Below are positions 32,942 through 46,900 of a stretch of 64,000 bases of DNA, piece after piece. The stretch is from assembly GCA_036172245.1 (NCBI GenBank), contig JAYWIR010000113.1, forward strand, positions 62,001 to 126,000, given 5' to 3'. The DNA comes from Raillietiella orientalis (Eukaryota). The notes under the pieces were generated by a model. The model made no database searches, was not told the DNA's origin, and saw nothing but the letters and a program-made list of their open reading frames with translations. Numbering within the stretch: position 1 is the first letter of the stretch; each line of letters opens with the position of its first letter. The position numbers and the translations under genes are program-made.

Positions 32942-35285
32942 GGATTCGGCGATGGGCTGATTAACGACCGGGCATACCACCAAGCCCGTCTTTACTCTAG
33001 GACTCCCGACGTTCGACGCCTGGCGGAGTATAAAGCTAAGGCTGAGCGACAGACCTGGCAATCCGGGTCCCCAGCTTGCTGGACGCCCAAGGGCAGGAAT
33101 GCTCAGCTCCGGCGAGAATAAACCGCATCCTGCGGGACTATTACTCCTCCTGGTACGCGCGGAGAACAACAGAGCGCGCCGTGGTGCAGCGCTTGCTGCC
33201 GCAAGGCGCCCCCGCGCTGCAGGAGGAGCAGGCACATGAACTCGCGGAGCCTTTCTCGATGGCGGAGATCGTCTCCGCCATCGGAAAGCTCCGAAAGAGG
33301 AAAGCACCAGGGGAAGACGGTCTGCCCGCGGAGTTCTACGGAGGCTTCTTGGCGAAGCTGGACCCCTGGTGCATCGGCTTTGCATGCTGATCCGAGAACA
33401 AGGTGACGTCCCTAAATCATTCCGGACAGCTACAGTGCGTCTCCTGCCGAAAGGAGGAGACAATCGCAACGTACGCAACTGGCGTCCCATCACAGTAGTG
33501 TATGCGGATGCGAAGTTTCTTGTGAAGCTTTGGGCTGAGCGACTGGGACGGGTGGCGGAATCAATGGTGAGTCCGCAGCAGACATACTCTGTTCCCGGAC
33601 GAAGCATGGAGGCCAACCTATTCCTCGCCAGTACATGGTGGCAGTTTCAACAAAGCGAAGACCAGTGAGGTCAAGAGAATCCTGGATTTTCCTCTGACCA
33701 GTAAGGGGACGCCCTTCATAGAATAGCCGCGTCCGGTGCCCTTGCGGTCGCAGTCGATCTGCGTAAAGCGTTCGATTGCGTCGACCAGGAACTCCTTCTG
33801 GAGCTCCTGGAACGCTTGGGATTTCCGGCCGTCTTCCGGGCTAACCTGCCCTCCTGCTGGCGGTTCGCTGTAATAAACATCTCTTTTAGCGGTTGGCACG
33901 TGTACGGCGTGCCGGTTCGCCGTGGCATAAGGCAGGGTGACAGATGAGCCCCTGGCTCTTCAGCATCTACTTCAAGCTGGTGCTGAGGGCATACAGGGAG
34001 ACTCTGGCAACCCTGCCAAGCTCGTGTCCCGGCACGCCTGCCGTGTCGGTCTACGACGATGACCTTCTGCTCCTGCTTCCCCGGTCCACCCCGGCGTCGC
34101 CGCCTGAAGATTTCTTTGAGTTGCTGCGCCGCGGGACGGGCCTCGAGTTGAACAGAGAGAAATCTTCCATCGTTCCAACATCACCACTACTTTTAAACAA
34201 TACGGCGTGGGGCGGACGGCCGGACTGGATCCGCATAGGGATCCCCACAAGCAGGTGCTTCAAGTACCTTGGCGTTCCGTTGGGGTCTTCTGCGTTGCAG
34301 CTGGTCCGACCGTCTCCAAAAGGTGGAGTTGGCGATCGGCACGTTCCGGAACGGCAAGTTTTACTTGCAGGAGCGGGCAGCGGTGTGGAATGCGTTCGCG
34401 GCCCTCCTCCTTCGCCCCTTACTTTTTGTTTGCCCCGCCCCTCCCATCATACAGAGACGGACCAAAGCCCTCTTGAGGACTGCCCTTTGGGGCACAGCGA
34501 GGTCGCGAGTCCGATTGAAAGACTTGTGCGCTCCACGCAGGGATGGTTGCTTGGGCCTCCTTACGTTGAGCGCATCCAACTACAGACAACACTTCGGAAT
34601 TCAGCCCTTGCGGCTAGCTTATGTATGACGCCATGGTGCGATCCGGCACGGCTCCTCGCCAGAAGAGCGATCGGCTGCAAAGGATTGTCCTCGATCCTCG
34701 TGGCCTACGAGCGCAGCCTCTGCAACTGAGGCCCCGATTTGCGCCAGATGGTCGCCCTGATGAGGGAGAATACCTGGATCTCCTGCATCCCCGCGAACTG
34801 CACTGCCTGGCTTCAGAAGAAAGCTTCCTCGTGGGCTAAGATCAACGGCACGAGCGAGGCGGAATACAACTGCCTACGACGAGGACCGTAGGCTCGACAG
34901 CCGCTGCAGGAGATTATCAACACGCCCCGGAAGTTCCTGTGGGCTTCTTTTAGCCCCCTTGCCCCCGTTCTGTCCTCCCTGAAAAACACTAGGAGCAGCA
35001 ATGAGCGGGCATCGTGGGAAGTGTCCTGCCTCATCCGAGGCAGGAAAAAACCTTTAAAGGCGTGGACGACTCGGGAGCTCACGGACGCTGCCACCCCGAG
35101 CGTCCCGCCTCACGGACTTGCGCGCTGGGGAGAGCTGCTCGCAATACCTCCGGAAGAGGTGAAGTGGCCCCCAGCGTGTTGGGATTGCGGCACACTTCCG
35201 TTGAAGTGGCAGGAGACGGCGTTGCTATTTCTGCACTGGGGACTATTAAGCAGAACACTCCTGTCTTGCTGGACAAGAAGAAGGT
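32942..35285 (+). mobile_element. LINE H part 2 (linker, RT, part of the C-terminus), 3'-truncated
   Basis: GFGDGLINDRAY..., KAPGEDG, WRPIT, YDDD, LPLKWQETALLFLHWG; no zinc finger or 3' UTR. Confidence 0.9.
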
Positions 35286-35349
35286 GGAAGGACACAGTGT
35301 TTCCCCTCAGAAAACATCTTTTGAAACACTTTATTATCTAATTTTTGTA

Positions 35350-35642
35350 AAAAGTTTGAATAATAAATGTCCCTGAATATCCTGTTGACAAACTTTGGCT
35401 GCAGCCGAGCATTAATGGCCAGCATCATCGAGCAGACAAGCCGCTCCGGACTGCCAAACCCGGCTCTCGACCCTGGTCTTGTAGTCCGCCAGACGCCGCA
35501 CGTCCGGGCATCGGGAGAAGGTAAGCGCCTTCAGATAGGATCTGCTGTTCGCGACACCCTTTTTGAAGCCGCGGGGTAGCAAACGCAAGGGGAACCGGCA
35601 GCAGAACTCGCGGACTGCCCTTTTCAGATCGTCCCAGTCCTC
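35350..35642 (-). mobile_element. LINE J part 2 (linker), 3'-truncated
   Basis: EDWDDLKRAVREFCCRFPL...WQSGAACLLD continues PGFAIRELE at 41185. Confidence 0.88.
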
Positions 35643-38600
35643 AAGCGAGAGCGGACGGGTTTTTGTTTCGCTCTTCATCGTTTGTGTTTTTTTCTTTCTT
35701 TTCTTTTTTTTCTTGGTGTGCCAGTGGATTCGGTGGTGGGCAGGCAGCAATGCCTGGGAGCACCACCAATGTTAAGGAGAGGGCGACGTCTATGTCTCTT
35801 CCTGAATCAATGGATGTGAGGGCAACCGCCCCCACGGAAGCGACTCCCTCGCTAGGGAGAAGCTGGAGTTGCGTGGCCGCGGCGCCAACGCAAGCAATTG
35901 CAGCTGAGTTAAAAGCCTACCTAGAGGAGGGGTGCAATCCCCCTCTACTCTACAAGGTAGGCAACCTTTACTCCTTTGAGAGTGCACGCGCGTTCTCGAA
36001 AGCGATGCACTCCCTCAAAGTACCACAGGAGGAGCTCTTGGCGATGACCATCAGGAGTGGTGGACAGTACGTTGAGGTGATTTGCAAAGAAGCAAGTCTT
36101 TCCCAGCGTCTGCTCTGTACACCTGTTGCTTTAGGGCATCGCCGGCTTCTCCCTATCACGGAGGATATATCTATCGTGATCCACCTCCTTGGAATCACCT
36201 TCCGGATGGCCGAAGAGGCTGTACGAAAGAAACTAGTTAAATTTGGAACTCTCCACGCGTTGTGGAAAAGGCCGACTCCGTTATATGAGTACGATCTCCT
36301 GAATTGCGGTATGGCTTCCGCGCGCACCACGGTCCGGGAGGGTTGCTCCCTACCTAGCAAGCTGGAGGTCAACGACGAACCCGTTGACATCTGGTATGTC
36401 GGTAAGCCGCATTTCTGCGGGCATTGCAGCACTTCAGGTCACCTGAAAAAAAGGTGCCCCCACTTGCAGTGCAAGCAATTCAAGCAACCCGGGCACACTC
36501 TTCCAGTGTGCCTGCAAAATGAAGTCCGCGTCGCGTCCGCACGGAATGCCAAGAAGCGCGCGACGAGAAAAAGACGAGTTCAGGCAGCCCGAGAGAGAGC
36601 CGCCGCTCGAAAAACAACTATGGCGCCCCAGGTGAAGGTCATCTCCGAGCTCTTGGAAAACTTGGACAAGGTCGAGGAGAACGGCCAGGAACCTGGATGG
36701 CAGTTAGTAAAATCCAAGAGGCAAAAAAGCCTCAAGGAAGCAGAGAAAAATGTCGCGAAACGCAGCGAGAATTTGCCGCGTCGCGAAAATATCGAACACT
36801 GCTCTGTCGTCATCAAACGCATTCCTGCTGTCGAAAAGAGTGGCAAAAATGCACTCGTTGCTGCCGACTTTTAGCCCTCCGGCAAATTGATTCCGGAGGC
36901 TATCGACCCGGCGGTGGCGTCCGTCGTCGAACGCATGCTCGACGACGTCGCCTTTGAGCGAGCGGCGGAGGAGCTCGCTGCGTCCTTGCAGCGTCCCCTT
37001 AAATCCGCGGTAAAGGCCTTAAGGAGTCCGACCTCGATCAAGAAGTCGGAGATTCCGAACTCTGACGCAGAGGCGGAAAACACAGCCTGCGGCATCGCGG
37101 CCTCTCGCCCGAAGGCCAATCGCACGAAGAAGGCTACCCGCAAAATTATCCCGTTCGTAAAAAAGGCAGAGATAATTAAGGGAAGCGAGCGTGCCAATAA
37201 AGTGGGGAACTCCAAAAACTCTCCTCGAGAGGTAACCTTACGCTGCCACCCCTGAGGGAGGGAAAGGATAGAGTCTGTGCCCCAGGTGCTTCAAGTGACT
37301 GAGATTGCCGCGGTCCCCTTACTCGTCCCTACCACCTGTCCGTTGACAGGTGCTGCCACGCCATGTTACCAGCCTTAATGCCGAGAATCGCCTCTTGCCG
37401 CCGTCTGCGAATTGCCTGTTGGAACGTCAACGGGCTAAGCGACGACGGCAAGAGACGAGACGTGTCCTCCACCCTGGCATCGTTCGACCTGGTGCTGCTG
37501 CAAGAGATCCACGTGATCTCCGCAGATCAAGCAACGGAGATCGAGCGTATCTCGGGTGGACGGCTGCTGTGGCGTTGCGGCACCGTAAAATCTTGCGATG
37601 TCGCGTTCCTGCTTCGTCCAGCTGTCGAGGTTGCGGCAAAGGGCGTACGGTTCGATAGTGCCGGTCGCGTCGGTCAGTTGACCATCAGGTGGTCCGACTC
37701 CATCGATCTGATCATCACCAACGTGTACGCCCCAAGCGGCAGCGACGCGCTAAGGGCAAAGGCAAGGAGAGATTTCTTCCTCACCCCGAGGCGTGAATAT
37801 CTGGACGAAGCGGGAATGCGCAAAGCGCACCTAATCGCAGGTTACTTTAACCTGCGCCTGCTGTCAGGTGCGTCCGACACACTTCGGGACCGCGTGAACA
37901 AGCTGTGCGCAGAGATGCACACGCGCAACTTGTTCGCAGGAGATCCGGAAATGGTCGATAGCATAGATCACGTGTTTCTTGACCAGCACCTATGCTCACG
38001 CGTGGGCAGGCGCGGCAAGTTACCGTCGGAACTGTCGGACCATTACCGGATCGTACTCGAGGTGCGCCCACGCGATAGGGGTCCGCCGTCATCTGCGTGG
38101 CGCTTATCGGGAAACTGCCTGAAACTTCCGGAAGCCGCGGAGCATCTCCGCAAATTCATGCGAGGTTTGAGCTTGCAGACGCTTCAGGACTGGGAACGCT
38201 TCAAGCGCTCGGTCCGGAATTTTTGCGACGAGTTCCCTATGAACCTCCTGCCTGCCGGGTTTGGTGAAAGCTTGCGTAACGAGAGATCGTATTTACAATC
38301 TCGATGTTACGCGCGAACACCAGACGTACGCAGGCTAGCCGAATACCGTGCGAGAGCCGAGAGGCAGGCGTGGCAATTCGGGTCGGCCAGTAAGCTGGCC
38401 GACCCGGGTTCGGAGCACTCGGCCCCCGCCCAGGTAAAAGGCTTATTAAAAAAATTCTACTCCTCCCTGTACGCGCGCGCTCCACCGGAACGGGATGTCT
38501 CGCGACTTCTTCTTCCGGAAGGCGCTTCGGCGATCGGGGAGGAAAATAGAAAGGCCCTCGACAAGCCTTTCACTATGGGCGAGATCATCTCGGCCATCGG

Positions 38601-41184
38601 AAAGCTCAAAAGGCGGAAGGCTCCAGGGTAGGACGGCCTGCTAGCGGAATTTTTTCAATGGTTCGCGGCAGAGCTCACTCCTCTGGTGAAGAAACTCACC
38701 TTGCTGATCCGCCAAACGGGCGAAGTCCCCGCCTCGTTTCTTTCGGCAAAGGTGCGTTTCCTCCCTAAGGGAGGAGACCTTCGGAGCATGAGCAACTGGC
38801 GGCCGATTACCATGATAAACGCGGACGCCAAGTTGCTGGCGAAATTGTGGGTTGAACGCCTGGGGCGGTTGACGGAAAGTTTCATTAGCCCGGAGCAGAC
38901 ATATGCTGTTCCCGGGCGGAGCATGGATGCCAACCTGTTCCTCGCCAGCACCTTTTTCGCGCTCCAACAGGAAAGGGTCAGGATGGGCAACCGGACTTCC
39001 GGAATGTACGCCGCTAGGAAACGAAATGGTTGTTGGGGGCAGGGAGCAGTCGCAGTCGATTTGCATAAAGCATTCGACTGTGTCGACCAGAGGCTCCTCC
39101 TGGAGCTCCTGGAACGCTTGGGCTTCCCGGTCTATTTCCTGACCTACCTACGATCCTGCTGGCGCGACGCGCTCATCGAGATCTCTTTCAGTGGACACAC
39201 CGTGCACGGAGTACCGGTGCGACGCGGCATACGGCAGAAAGACAGCCTGAGTCCCTTGCTCTTCAGTACCTACTTCGAGTTGGTACTGAGAGCGAACAGG
39301 GAAACTCTAGCGCACCTGCCGCGCGACTTTCCCGGTATTCCCGCGCTGTCAGGATATGCGGACGACCTACTGCTGCTGCTCCCTATGTCCACCCCGGCAT
39401 CGGCGGTCCAGGAGTTCTTCGACCTGCTAAGTCGGGGAACCGGGCTTGAGGTGAACAGGGCGAAGTCGTCCGTCATGCCAATCGGTGCGGCGTGGGCAGT
39501 GCAGCCGGACTGGGTCCGTTTGGGGATCTCCACGGTACGGTACTTCAAGTACCTCGGTGTACCGATGGGTGATTATCTCCCTTCGGATGCGTGGTCCAGC
39601 TGCCTTGAAAAAGTAGAGACGGCGATCGGCCCGTTCCAAGGCCGCAGGTTTTTCCTGTCGGAGCGGGTCGCGGTGTAGAACGCATTCGCGGCGCCCCTCC
39701 TCCGTTTCCTGCTTTTTGTTTGTCCCCTCACCACAGAGACTAAAAAGCGGACGAAGGACCTCCTAAGAATTGCCCTGTGGGGTAATGGGAGGGCCCGAAT
39801 CCGGCTTGAGGACTTGAGCGCTCCGCGTCGGGACGGCGGTCTCGGCCTCCTGACGCTAGAGCGGCTGGAGCTCCAGCTCCAGTTTCGGTTATTCGCCCTA
39901 GTGGCGAAATATTGGAATAGCAGTTGGTGCGAGCCCGCACGTCTCCTCGTCGAGCAGGCTACAGGCAAGGTGAGACTGTCATCCTTCCTTGCGCTCCGTC
40001 GGCGTCGCCAAGTCCGTCACTGCGGGCTGCAGCTACGGAGAGTGGCTGACCTGATGAGGAAGAACGCAGGATGGTTCTCCTGTCGCCCCGTTAACGGACC
40101 AGCATGGCTTCAGGAAACGGTTCAGACGTGGGCGAGGAGCAACCAGAAACGCACCCAAGAAGAGCAGAGACAATTCTAAGCCCGTAATGCCCGTCTGACG
40201 CTCCAGGAGGTCCTGGAGAACCCCCAAAAACGAGCGTGGGCAACAAAAACTCCCCTCGCTGCAATGCTGTTTTCTCTCGCGGAACATTTAAACAGCAACA
40301 CTGCTGCAAAATGGGATGTTTACATCAAAATCTCCGGTGCGGAGAGAAAGATCGGGGAATCGAAAACGGGAATTCTCCGCGATACCGCTGCCCGGACTAC
40401 CACCCTTATTGCACTTTTGCGCTGAGGCGAGCTGCTAAAAGTTCCGCGGGAACTATTGAAGTGGCCCCCGGTGCTGATGAACACCTTCACCCTCCCCTTA
40501 AAATGGCAGGAGTCGGCGCTCTTATTGCTGCATTGGGAACTCCCATGCAACGTCCGCCGACACCATTGGATTTGGGGAGGGGTGAGCTCTAATCATGCGA
40601 GGTGTGGAGAACGGGAGTCCCTCACTCACCTATTTTTGGATTGTGTGGCTCTTCGGCCCCTTTGGATCCGTCTTGCCGCGGCAATCGGTAACCCCTGTGG
40701 CAACCCCGGAGACGCAATCAGATCCCTCTTCGTTTGCGACGCCCTTTGGCCCTCGGCCGCGTTAGCAGCTCTGTGCTGCTTTCGCGGGATCGTCGCTGCA
40801 TGGAGCAAAGCAATGGGAGGAACTCGCAATAAGGGTGCCGTCCAGTGCGCAGCCGAATTCATGCCGACGGCGACAGGATTGACCCATCTGGATTCAAACA
40901 TCCAAAAACAGCTTGTCGGCATCCTGCAAAGGATTTAACGGCCCCACAGCAGACTGTGCTTCCTTCCCGTGCCCCCCAGATCTTGATTTTATATATTTCT
41001 TTTTTTTGTTCTATTTTTTCTTTTGTCCTTGGCCCCTCTGCTGTCGTGATGGACCGTGCCGGAATACGAACCGGTGACGCGGCAGGCTTAATTTTGTATA
41101 CCAGTGCGTGGCCGGACCACCTGGTCAGCCACCAACGTTTGTTTTATTCCAAAGAATAAACGCCCCGGCGCAACCGGGTAAAAA
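35643..41184 (+). mobile_element. LINE K, full length (5.54 kb), degenerate ORF1 35750-37378 and ORF2 37378-40938, inserted antisense into J
   Basis: GGACGGG at 35653, knuckle CGHCSTSGHLKKRC, TAATG junction, YADD, and terminus AATAAACGCCCCGGCGCAACCGGGTAAAAA. No clear TSD. Confidence 0.94.
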
Positions 41185-43993
41185 TTCTAGTTCACGGATG
41201 GCGAAGCCCGGGAGGTGTTGGCGAAGATGCTCCGCCGTCTCCGATTTGCTAAGCCAGTCGGGCGGCAACCTCTAGGCATTCATCGGAGGTCCTTTGCCAG
41301 GCGGGAGAAGCTCGAACTTCAGTCTCGGATGATCCGAAATCGCTGACAGCAAGTGCCCACTCCAACCTACTCGTGAGAGCAGGTGTTCATCGAGGAACGC
41401 ATGGTCAGGAGATTTGTTCATCCCGGGCTCGCCAACAAGCAAGTTCTGCACACGCACGGATGCGCATTCTCCGCTCACCAGTTGCTTCTCCCTCAAGCGG
41501 CATCTCTTCTCCGTTAGCAGGTGGACGTTGAAGTCTCCTGCAAGCAGGTGCGCCACGTTAGGGGCGAAATCAGCGAGCCAGCGGCTGCGCAGGCCACCCA
41601 GGAATGCAAGTCGCTAAGCGTAGTTCCAGCCGCCGCTCGGCGCGTAGATGTTCGTAACGACCAGGTCGATCCATTTGAACCACTTGAGCACAAGCTGGCC
41701 CACATGACCTTCCTCGTCGAAAAAAACGTTTCGCACCTCCTCCGTTTCTCTGCCTCGAACGAGGAACGCGACTCCGCACGTGTGCGCGTAGCGTTGCCGC
41801 CAGTGTAGCGTCCCGCCCGCGCTCTCTTGCAGACCCGATGCCTGCCGTTCGGAGATGCTATGTGTTTCCTGCAGCAGCACCAGATCGAACGCGCGCGAAG
41901 CGTTGGCTACCTTCCGCCTTCTGTCAGCATCACGTAGCACGTTGACATTCCAACAGGCCACGTTGACGCGACGAGCGGACGTGAGTGCACACATCACTGC
42001 TGCGGACATGACGGTATGCTCCTCGCCCCGTCCGGCGAGAAGTCAGCTGGTAGGAGAGCGGATTGGGAAGCGGAATCGCTCCCGTTCGTCGCCACATCGC
42101 GCCCAGCTGAGTCCTGGGAGCCGAGAATCATCGCCTCGGTCTCCGTGCAGGAGCCGGAACTGCCTGCGGCAACAGGCTCGTGCTTTCGCACTTTAGCCCG
42201 GCACGCTACCCGCTTACCTCGGGAAGCGCGCTTCATTTGTTTGCACTCGGACTCCACCTCGGAGTCAGAGTGCCTGGCGGGAGACTGGCGTTTTGCCAGT
42301 CTCTTTTTGTTTCGGCAGGTGGAGGCTTGCCCTGCCCGCGCGGGTGTCGTCGCAGTCGCCAACGCTGCTTCCAGAGCTTTGGCTTTAGTAGCCGCCCTCT
42401 CGCGCGAAGCGACGGAGACAGAGCACGCCGCCGTAGTGCGTACCTGGGTACGAACCTTCTTTGGAGTGCCTCTCTTCTGTCGCCCACCCACCTTTAGGAT
42501 GGGGAATATTGAAGGGTCAACCTTCTTCTTCCCCTTTGTGGGCGTCCCTGAGACGCGAGTCCAACCCGCGTCGGGGACGCCCTCCTGGGAGGCCAACGCC
42601 TCCCTCAATTGTTTGGCCGGAGAAGCCGGCTCACGTTTCGCGCTCGCGGCGGGAGACGGCTCCGTCCCCGTTACGCACTGCACCTGCTCTTTAGCCGATG
42701 CGGGCGAAACGGCGGTCATTGCCGTCGTCCCGCGAGGCGCTATTGCAGCCTTTGCTGCTCTTGCCTTCGGCGTGAAAGACGTGATCTCCACCGCAGTAGG
42801 AGGAGACTGCCGTTCAGAGGCAGTTCCGAAGGTACCCGCGCACGGTTTCCCGTGTGCTCCTCTGGACGCGCAAGCGAACGCGGACGGTTCAGCAGCCTTG
42901 ATTGAGTGCGTGCCCGCACTCTTGGGCTACTTCTATGAGGGCGATTTGCCCCCAGGGCAACGTGGCATTTTTCTAGTGTGCGCCGCTGTCTGGATTGGTG
43001 GCTTCCCTAGAGCAACCGCGCCATTTTTCACGGGGGCTACCACTTGAGGATGCACCGCCCTTAGCGCCATATTTCTCCCGTGGCACAACGGGGGATCTTC
43101 TCAGCGCGGAGGGGGAAGATTGTTGGCGGCTTTTCGCCTGCCGCTTTCTCTTTAGCTCCGCGGACTCTTTAATGGAGTGGCCGAGCTGTTTACAATAGCG
43201 GCAGTTGCGTGAAGGTCACGTCCACGGACGGTGGCCCTCGGCACCGCAAATGCCGCAAGCCGGTAGCTGACCGGCAAGTTTAAGGTGGACGATCGCAACG
43301 TCCACCTGCAAGTGCGAAGGCATTTGCCTCCTATCCGCCATGGTGACACGCGCCATGGCAAGTCCGCTGTGGACTGATACAATCCTTTTAATTGCACTCT
43401 CTGCCCTTCAGAGCGCATGCACCGTTGCGAATGCACTAAGTGCACCAACGAGCACGCGATCGGGCGTGTCCACCTGGACGGCAGACAATCGGACCACGAA
43501 CGACTGGTCCACGGCCGACGGGACGACCTCGTTCCCGCGTATGTCTAGCGGCTGCGGAGAAGGCGCTGGACTAGGGATGCCGCTTTCCAGTAAACCTCCC
43601 AGAGTCCAAGCGCGTTAACCGGCATGACTGCCAGCAGGTCGTACTGTCGAACCCCGACGCGGAAACGCTCGTCCCATAAATTTTCTCCGACCCCATCGGA
43701 GATAGCAGCACTCACCGGATAGCAGAGCGCAGGCTTGTAGCCATGGGCTGCATATCTCTGCAGCTATACTTCGTCGAGAGGTGCTCCGTTGGCGAAGCTT
43801 CTCGCCGGAGGCGAGACACAAGAATCAGAGGCGGACCGGGCATCCTGAGTACAGTCTCCAATGCCAGTAGCATTCTCCACATCCATCTTCTGCTGCGAGG
43901 GCTCCGTGGACACCTCAGTGGACGCAATCGGGCACACCACACACAAGAAGACGGAAAGGAATCGAGCTCGTGGAGCAACACCGAACACGTCCG
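41185..43993 (-). mobile_element. LINE J part 1 (5' UTR, degenerate ORF1, EN), B-like lineage
   Basis: GGACGTG at 43992-43986, TGATG at 41996-41992, then WNVN, LQETH, YAP, GDFN and SDH. Confidence 0.9.
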
Positions 43994-46900
43994 TGCAGCG
44001 TTATTGTGGAGCCTATATCCGATTGCTGCAAAAAAGAACTCGCCGCTACCGACGACAACCCCTCTGTAGACTCTGTCCACAGCGAGGGGAGCGAGCCGCC
44101 GGCGGCGTCCGTCATCGACACCACCATCGATGACGTAGCCTGAGCGCGAGCCGCAGAGGAGCTATCTACCTCGTTGCAGCCGGTTACCTCCAAGGCAGTC
44201 AAGAAGGCAGTAAAAGGTCCGGCCTCCCTTCAGGATTCCCCGTATCCGACCCCGAGGTGTAAACCGGAAGCGCAGCCTCCGTCTCCACGGCACCCCGCAA
44301 GAAGGCTGGACGTAAGTTCACAAAGGCGAGGAACCTCCTCTCCCCCGTCGAAGGGAAAGAGATGGCTACCGCAAGCGATGGTGCCATGAGCGTGGGAAAC
44401 TCGCCGGACATGTCGCCCGAGAGACTCCCACGCGCGGACACGGAGGGGATGGAGGGAATAGAGGACGAACAGGTTCCTCAGGTGCCTGAGAAGGCCAAAA
44501 CTCCCATGGGCATCCCGCCCTCCTCGCAAGAGGCGGGCTCCCCCACACCTTAATCTTCCCAGCAGTAATGCCGGGAATCTCCTTCCACCATTGTCTGCTC
44601 ATCGCCGTTTGGAACGTGAACGGCATGACAGACGCCGGCAGGAGACGGGACATGGCCGCCCTTCTGAAGTCCTACGACCTTGCGCTGCTGCAGGAGATCC
44701 ACGTGATCTCTGCAGAACAAGCGCAAGAGATCAAACGGATCTCCGGAGGGCGGCTATGGTATAGGTGTGGGAAACCGAAAAGCTGCAATGTCGCCTACCA
44801 TCTACGACCAGCCGTCGAGGCCGCGGCTCCGGACGTGCGGTTCGATGATCACGGTCGTGTCAGCCAGCTGACTCTCAGGTGGTCCGCCTCGATCGATCTA
44901 ATCGTCACGAACGTGTTCGCACCGATTGGCACGGACCTGAGAAACAGGAGGGCTAGGTAAGAGTTTTTCCTTGCCCTCCGGCGCGAATGGCTGACCGAAG
45001 CAGACGTGCGGAATGCCCATCTGGCTGCAGGCGATTTCAACTTTCGCCTGAAACCAGATGGGCAGAATCCCGAGAGTGACCTACTCAACGACGTGTGCAT
45101 GGCATTGCACACCGTTAATTTCTTGGCCAGTGCACCGAGGATGGAAGGCAGCATCGACAACGTGTTTCTTGACGAGCACCTGTGGCCTCGCGTGGGCAGG
45201 CGCGGCAAGATACCGTGCGAGCTGTCCGACCATCGCTTGCTAGTTTTCGAGAACCATCCGCGCGACAGAGGTCCTTCCTCATCAGCGTGGCGTCTCCTAA
45301 GGGAATGACTGAAGCTCCTGGACGCGGCGGAACATCCCCGCACGTTCATACGGAGCATCAGGCTGCGGACACTCCAGGATGGAGACCGCTTCAGGCGGTC
45401 GATCCAGGAGTTCAGCGACCAGTTGCCTCTGCACCGCCTTCCTACGGGTTTTCGGACCGGAGTCCGTAACGAACGTGCCTATCTGCAGGCCCGTCGTTAA
45501 GCCAGGACCCCCAACATCCGCAGGCTGGCGGAATACAAAGCGGGAGCCAAGAGGCAAGCCTGGCATTCCGGATCGGCCAGCTTGCTGGGCGATCAGGGCC
45601 AGGGGCACTTTGCACCCGCCCAAATCCGTGGCCTGCTGCGGAGTTACTACTCCTCCCGGTATGACAGGGCATCTCCGGAGAGGAACGTTTCACGACTCCT
45701 GCTTCCAGAAGGCGCTCCAGCGGGAGCAGGAGAGAAAGACCCTCGACGAGCCTTTCACAATGGACGAGATCTTCTTGGCCATCGGAAAGCTCAGGAGGCG
45801 CAAGGCTTCAGGGTAGGACAGCCTGCCCGCGAAGTTATACGAAACAATCGCAACTGAGCTTCCTCCCTGGTACAGCAACTCACCTTGCTGATACGCGAGA
45901 CAGGTGACGTTTTCGCCTCGTTTCGTTCGGCTAAGGTGCGGCTCCTTCCTAAGGGATTAGATCTGAGGAGCATGAACAACTGGCGTCCCATCACAATAGC
46001 GCATACGAACGCCAAGTTGCTTTCTAAGGTTTGGGCAGAGCGTCTGGGACGAATTGCCAACATCTACATCAGCGCGGAACAGACATATGCTGTTCCCGGG
46101 CGAAGCATGGAATCGAAATTGTTCCACGCTTCCTCCTGGCTTGAGCTCCAACAAGAAAGGTGCTTGGTGCGCAGCCGGAATTCCGGTGCGTGCGCCGGCA
46201 AGTGGTCGGACGGTCGGGTGGGGGAGGGAGCCCTTGCGGTCGCTATCGACTTCCGGAAAGCAATCGATTGCCTCGACCAGAATCTCCTTCTGGAGCTTCT
46301 GGAACGCTTAGGCTCCCCTCATTAGTAACCTATCTGCGCTCCTGCTAGCGCGACGCGCTCATCAACGTTTCTTTCAGCGGGCAGACCGTGCACGCCGTGC
46401 CGGTGCGACGCGGGATCCGGCAGGGAGACAGCCGGAGGCCCTTCCTCTTCGGTACCTACTTTGAGTTGTTACTGAGAGCGTACAGGGAAACTCTGGCGCA
46501 CCTGCCGCACGACTGTGCCGGTACGCCCGCCGTTTCAGCATACGCGGACGACCTTCTGCTACTGCTCGCTATGTCCTCCTTGGCTTCGGCGGTCGAGTTC
46601 TTCGACCTGCTTCATGAGGGAACCGGACTTACGGTGAACAGGGCGAAGGCGTCCGTGATGCCAGTTGGTGCGGCGTGGGCAAAGCAGCAGGACTGTGGCC
46701 GTTTGGAGATTTTCAAGGTGAGGTAATTCAAGTATTTCGGTGTACCGTTGGGGGACTACTCTTCTGCGGAAGCGTAGTCCGGCTGCCTCTAAAAAGTAGA
46801 TACGGCGATCGGCCGGTTCCGAGGCGGCAGTTTTTTCCTCCCTGAACGTGTCGCAATTTGGAACACGTTCGCTGCTCCTTTCCTCCTTCCCCTGCTTTTT

